Shown here: one piece after another, positions 59,426 through 64,000 of the stretch
Layout of the letters: each line of letters starts with the position of its first letter
Position numbering within the stretch: position 1 is the first letter of the stretch
Source of the DNA: Spirochaetota bacterium
Lineage (GTDB): Bacteria > Spirochaetota > UBA4802 > UBA5550
DNA length: 64,000 nucleotides
Assembly (NCBI GenBank): GCA_963664815.2
Contig: CAXXHB010000002.1
Coordinates: 608,001-672,000 of the forward strand
Reading direction: 5' to 3'
Translations under genes and position numbers: made by a program
Notes under the pieces: model-generated
Told to the model about the DNA's origin: nothing
What the model saw: the letters and a program-made list of their open reading frames with translations, nothing else
Databases searched by the model: none

Positions 59426-61237
59426 ATGGGTAATATTTCTGAAGTTGTAAAGAAGTGTGCTAGTGCTTATCAGAAAGACCCGACAAAAATGCTGGATGTT
59501 ATAAGAGACGTTCAGGCAGAGTTAGGTCAGGTAGCAGAAGAGGCTATTGCGGAAATAGCAAAAGAGATGAATGTCTCTTCGATCGATGTTGAGGGTGTTG
59601 TAACCTTCTATCATTTCTTCTCAAAAGCGCCGGTAGGTAAATATGCTGTTTATCTTAACAACAGCGCCGTAGCAGTGATGAAAGGCTGCTATGACATTGC
59701 AAAGGCATTTGAAAAGGAAGTTGGCTGCAAGTTTGGTGAAGTTTCTTCAGACGGGAAAATCGGACTTCACTATACCGCTGATATCGGTATGAACGATCAG
59801 GAACCATCTGCAATCATCAATGATGTTATCTTTACCAGCCTTACAGCTGATAAAGTAAAGGCGATTGTTGCAGATATGAAAGCCGGTAAAAACGTACAGG
59901 ACACTGTAAAAGAACTTGGAGACGGCAATAACCAGGATGCTCTCATCAAGTCCATGGTTAAGAATAACATCCAGAAAAAAGGCGCTGTTCTCTTTGCTCC
60001 TTTTGAATCAGGTTCCGCTCTGAAAAAGGCTGTTTCAATGACTCCGGAAGCAGTAATTGAAGAAATGAAGGTTTCGAATCTCAGAGGCCGTGGCGGTGCC
60101 GGATTCCCTACAGGTATGAAATGGGATTACACAAGGCAGTCTGCCGGAGACAAAAAGTACATAGTTTGTAACGGTGACGAAGGTGAGCCGGGAACATTTA
60201 AAGACAGGGTTCTCTTTACTGAGAGAGCTGAAATGCTGTTCGAAGGTATGGCTATTGGCGGTTATGCTATTGGCGCTGATGAGGGGCTTCTGTATCTCAG
60301 AGGCGAGTATATGTATCTCAAAAAATATCTTGAGAATGTACTCGATAAGATGAGGAAGAATGGAGTTCTCGGAAAAAATGCCGGCGGAAAAAGCGGCTTT
60401 AATTTTGATATAAAAATCCAGATGGGTGCAGGCGCATATGTCTGTGGTGAAGAATCTGCGCTTATTGAATCTGCAGAGGGTAAAAGAGGAGAACCGAGAA
60501 ACAGGCCTCCATTCCCCGCACAGAGAGGTTTCATGGGTAAACCTACCTCTGTTAACAACGTAGAGAGTTTCTGTTCTGCGGCAAGAATCATTCTTGAAGG
60601 TGGAGCATGGTTCGCAAAAATGGGAACAGCCCAGTCTAAAGGAACAAAACTACTCAGCGTATCAGGCGATTGTAAAAAGCCTGGAATATATGAAGTTGAA
60701 TTCGGAACAACAATACAGACTCTTCTTGAAGAATGTGACGGAAGAACCGCAAAAGCTGTACAGGTGGGTGGACCTTCAGGCGCCTGTGTTGATAAATCCA
60801 AATTCGGCAACAGAATATGCTATGATGATCTGGCAACAGGGGGATCGGTAATAGTAATTGGACCTGATAGAGATATTCTTGAAGTTGTTAAAAACTTTAT
60901 GGAATTCTTTGAAGAGGAATCATGCGGATGGTGTACACCATGCCGTGTAGGTAATAAACTGCTCCTGCACAAACTTGAAAAAGTTATGGATGGTCATGGA
61001 ACAGAATCTGATTTGCAGGAAATGGAAAAATGGTGTGTTACTGTTAAAAGCATGAGCCGTTGCGGTCTTGGGCAGACATCTCCAAATCCTATACAATCAA
61101 CATTGAAAAACTTCAGAGGAATATACGAAGCTAAAATTCAGAAAGGTAAGGATTTTGTTACCGAATTTGATATGGCTGCTGCAGTTAAGGATTCATGCGC
61201 TGCTGCAGGAAGAAAACCAAATTTAGAGGAACATTAA
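59426..61237 (+). CDS. hoxF: NAD-reducing hydrogenase diaphorase large subunit (NuoE-NuoF fusion)
   Basis: GRGGAGFPTG, NGDEGEPGTFKD, GAYVCGEESAL and ESCGWCTPCRVG..CGLG. Confidence 0.93.
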   Translation: MGNISEVVKKCASAYQKDPTKMLDVIRDVQAELGQVAEEAIAEIAKEMNVSSIDVEGVVTFYHFFSKAPVGKYAVYLNNSAVAVMKGCYDIAKAFEKEVGCKFGEVSSDGKIGLHYTADIGMNDQEPSAIINDVIFTSLTADKVKAIVADMKAGKNVQDTVKELGDGNNQDALIKSMVKNNIQKKGAVLFAPFESGSALKKAVSMTPEAVIEEMKVSNLRGRGGAGFPTGMKWDYTRQSAGDKKYIVCNGDEGEPGTFKDRVLFTERAEMLFEGMAIGGYAIGADEGLLYLRGEYMYLKKYLENVLDKMRKNGVLGKNAGGKSGFNFDIKIQMGAGAYVCGEESALIESAEGKRGEPRNRPPFPAQRGFMGKPTSVNNVESFCSAARIILEGGAWFAKMGTAQSKGTKLLSVSGDCKKPGIYEVEFGTTIQTLLEECDGRTAKAVQVGGPSGACVDKSKFGNRICYDDLATGGSVIVIGPDRDILEVVKNFMEFFEEESCGWCTPCRVGNKLLLHKLEKVMDGHGTESDLQEMEKWCVTVKSMSRCGLGQTSPNPIQSTLKNFRGIYEAKIQKGKDFVTEFDMAAAVKDSCAAAGRKPNLEEH

Positions 61238-61238
61238 G

Positions 61239-61931
61239 ATGAGTGATATAAAATTTACTATAGATGGAAAAGAATGTACCGCGAAAAATGGGCAGACAAT
61301 TGTTGAAGCTGCAAAAGACAACCACATTTACATTCCGGTTCTCTGCCATTTTGAGGGTCTTAAACCTGCAGGAACATGCCGTATATGTACGGTAAAGGTT
61401 GGCGGAAGATTTATGGCTGCCTGTACAACTCCTGTAACAGCGGGAATGACTGTAGAAAACAATACTCCTGATATCCAGGAATTAAGAAAACAGATCATAG
61501 AGATGCTTTTTGTTGAAGGAAACCACATGTGTCCTGTATGTGAAAAGAGCGGAAACTGTGAACTTCAGGCTCTCGGATACAGGTATAAAATGATGGTTCC
61601 TAGATTTCCGTATCTATGGCCACAAAGAGCTGTTATTGCAAATACACCCAAACTCTATATTGACAGGAACAGATGCGTTCAGTGCCTGAGGTGTGTAAGG
61701 GATGTTAAAACTTCAGACGGCAAACACGTTTTTGGAGTAACAGAGAGAGGCGGAAAAACAATAATCAGCATAGATCATAAACTGGCTGCCGGATTAAGTG
61801 AAGAAGCAGCTCAGAAGGCTATGTACCAGTGCCCGGTTGGATGTATCCTCAGAAAAGAAATCGGATACAAAATTCCTATCGGTCAGAGAAAATATGATGC
61901 TAAACCTATCGGCAGTGAAATCGAAGGTTAA
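61239..61931 (+). CDS. hoxU: NAD-reducing hydrogenase Fe-S subunit
   Basis: IPVLC..GTCRIC..AC, HMCPVCEKSGNC and RCVQCLRC..CPVG. Confidence 0.93.
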   Translation: MSDIKFTIDGKECTAKNGQTIVEAAKDNHIYIPVLCHFEGLKPAGTCRICTVKVGGRFMAACTTPVTAGMTVENNTPDIQELRKQIIEMLFVEGNHMCPVCEKSGNCELQALGYRYKMMVPRFPYLWPQRAVIANTPKLYIDRNRCVQCLRCVRDVKTSDGKHVFGVTERGGKTIISIDHKLAAGLSEEAAQKAMYQCPVGCILRKEIGYKIPIGQRKYDAKPIGSEIEG

Positions 61932-61960
61932 AAAGTAACTGGATAATTTGGAGGCTAATT

Positions 61961-62508
61961 ATGAGTAAACGGTTGTGGCCACAGCGTCACTGGCAGGATG
62001 TTTCGGATGCCATATGTCTTTACTGGACATAGACGACAGAATATTAACATTAATTGATCTGGTGGAATTTAACAAATCACCGATTGATGATATAAAAACA
62101 TTCACAAAGCAGTGCGATATTGGAATTATTGAGGGTGGATGCTGCAATAGTGAGAATGTACACGTTTTAAAGGATTTCCGTAAAAATTGTAAAATACTTA
62201 TATCTCTCGGGGAGTGTGCTATTATGGGCGGTCTTCCTGCAATGAGAAATGGTATTCCTATTCAGGCTTGCCTTAAGGAAGCTTATCTTGACGGACCGAC
62301 AGTTGATACCAACACAGACAAGATCATCCCTAACGATGAAGAATTACCGATGATTTTGGACAGAGTTTATCCCTGCCATGAAATTGTTAAAGTTGACTAT
62401 TTCATTCCGGGATGTGCGCCAAGAGCTGATCTGATATGGGAGGCGCTTGTTGCGCTTGTAACAGGCAATGAGATGAAGCTTCCGTATGAAGTATTAAAGT
62501 TTGATTAA
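61961..62508 (+). CDS. hoxY: NAD-reducing hydrogenase small subunit, 5' end frameshifted as given
   Basis: LAGCFGCHMS, LGECA..GG and PGCAP. The RBS-spaced ATG at 61961 is out of frame by 1 nt; an in-frame GTG lies at 61975. Confidence 0.88.
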
Positions 62509-62520
62509 TTGGAGCAGAAC

Positions 62521-63972
62521 ATGGGAAGAAAAATAACAATAGAACCTGTAACAAGGGTTGAAGGACACGGTAAAGTTACAATTCAGTTAGATGATTCGAA
62601 TAATGTATCGCAAACCAGACTCCATGTAGTTGAGTTCAGAGGTTTCGAAAAATTTGTACAGGGACGTCCTTACTGGGAAGTACCGGTACTTGTACAGCGG
62701 CTTTGCGGTATTTGCCCGGTAAGCCATCATCTGGCAGCGGCAAAAGCACTTGACGTTATTGTCGGAGCAGGCACGGGAGACGGGTTAACCCCAACCGGCG
62801 AAAAAATGAGAAGGTTAATGCACTTTGGGCAGATGTTCCAGTCTCACGCCCTGCATTTTTTTCATCTTGCTTCGCCTGACCTTCTTTTCGGCGCGGATGG
62901 AGATCCTGCAATAAGAAACGTTATAGGTGTTGCCCTTGAGCATAAGGACCTTGCTGTGCAGGGTGTTATGATGAGAAAGTATGGCCAGGAGATTATTGCT
63001 GCAACTGCAGGAAAAAAAGTCCATGGAACAGGTGCAATCCCCGGCGGTATTAACAAAAACCTTTCAATAGCGGAAAGAGATTCATTTCTGAAAGGAGCTG
63101 CTCCCCTTAATATTGACCAGATGGTTGCATGGGCACAGGGTGCGCTTGATTTCTTTAAAGGATACTATGCAAAAAATAAAGATTATATTGACAATTTTGC
63201 AGTTTTCCCCTCTGCACATCTCAGTCTGGTAAGAAAAGACGGAGCTCTTGATCTGTACCATGGCGTTCTCCGTGCTGTTGATGCAGACGGCAAGAGAATT
63301 GTGAATGATGTCGACTGTCAGGATTATTCAAAAATAATAGCTGAAGAGGTAAAGAGCTGGAGTTACATGAAGTTCCCCTATCTCAGGGCGCTTGGAAAAG
63401 AAAAGGGATGGTACACAGTAGGGCCGCTGGCCAGGTTGAATGTATGTGATTTTATTCCTACTCCTCTTGCGCAGAAGGAATTTGAAGCATATAAAGCTCT
63501 GACAAACGGAAAACCAAATCATATGTCCATGCATATGCACTATGCAAGACTTATTGAGCTTCTCCACTCTGCAGAGGTAATAAAAGATCTTCTCAATGAT
63601 CCGGATCTTCAGAAAACTGATCTTGTCAAGAAAGGGACAAAACAGAAAGAGGGTGTCGGTATTGTTGAAGCACCTCGCGGAACTCTTTTCCATCACTACA
63701 GAATCAATGATGATGACCAGATTGAAATGGGTAATCTTATTGTTTCCACAACAAACAATAATGAACCGATGAACAGAGCGGTAAATTATGTTGCCAAGAG
63801 TGCGTTTAACGGTAAAAAAGAAGTTACCGAAGGGATGATGAACAGGGTTGAAATGGCAATCAGAGCGTATGATCCATGCTTAAGCTGTGCGACACACGCG
63901 CTGGGACAGATGCCTCTTGAGGTTACATTAGTTGATTCTGAAGGAACTATCCTTGATCAGAAAAGGAAATAG
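62521..63972 (+). CDS. hoxH: [NiFe] hydrogenase large subunit, group 3d
   Basis: IEPVTRVEGHGK, RLCGICPVSHH, EAPRGTL.H and RAYDPCLSCATH with a cleavable C-terminal extension. Start MGRK behind GGAG. Confidence 0.95.
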   Translation: MGRKITIEPVTRVEGHGKVTIQLDDSNNVSQTRLHVVEFRGFEKFVQGRPYWEVPVLVQRLCGICPVSHHLAAAKALDVIVGAGTGDGLTPTGEKMRRLMHFGQMFQSHALHFFHLASPDLLFGADGDPAIRNVIGVALEHKDLAVQGVMMRKYGQEIIAATAGKKVHGTGAIPGGINKNLSIAERDSFLKGAAPLNIDQMVAWAQGALDFFKGYYAKNKDYIDNFAVFPSAHLSLVRKDGALDLYHGVLRAVDADGKRIVNDVDCQDYSKIIAEEVKSWSYMKFPYLRALGKEKGWYTVGPLARLNVCDFIPTPLAQKEFEAYKALTNGKPNHMSMHMHYARLIELLHSAEVIKDLLNDPDLQKTDLVKKGTKQKEGVGIVEAPRGTLFHHYRINDDDQIEMGNLIVSTTNNNEPMNRAVNYVAKSAFNGKKEVTEGMMNRVEMAIRAYDPCLSCATHALGQMPLEVTLVDSEGTILDQKRK

Positions 63973-64000
63973 TTTTTTTGAAAGATAATACAATTTATAT

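Noticed and set aside
59426-59900. Missing [2Fe-2S] cysteines in the NuoE-like part of HoxF, and absence of hoxE
   Set aside because: This is normal for Cupriavidus-type tetrameric HoxFUYH enzymes.
1508-63696. Numerous 60-190 aa ORFs antisense to or nested in confident genes (e.g. 22537-23097, 32024-32572, 56636-57142, 60262-60810)
   Set aside because: These are shadow ORFs of well-supported genes, with no RBS or motifs.

Overview
AT-rich bacterial chromosome segment. The gene content suggests an anaerobe; a Spirochaetota-like origin is my impression only and is not shown by the sequence. Most of the window is housekeeping, metabolic or signalling: a MocR regulator (cut by the window edge), alr, two GAF/SpoIIE phosphatases, a diguanylate cyclase, an acyl-CoA/beta-oxidation cluster, mtnP, the tupABC tungstate transporter, pyk and a group 3d NAD-linked hydrogenase hoxFUYH. 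An envelope operon encodes an exported AMMECR1-domain protein, an alpha-2-macroglobulin and a SpoIID-transpeptidase fusion. An accessory, defence-like island at about 47.5-54.5 kb holds a collapsed type I R-M locus (hsdM/rhuM/hsdR remnants), REP-like relics and a HigB-HigA(IrrE) module. It also holds an intact, translationally coupled three-gene operon (TIGR04255 family, 'DWDGYGA' protein, small ART-like protein), which is my best candidate for an undescribed toxin-antitoxin-chaperone or anti-phage system. Other notable items: a GlpX homologue that has lost its catalytic residues and overlaps a GAF-GAF-PP2C gene, an ATP-grasp/FMN hydroxy-acid dehydrogenase fusion, and a 1-nt frameshift at the start of hoxY. 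I recognised no rRNA, tRNA or CRISPR array. All family assignments come from motifs recognised by eye; no searches were run.
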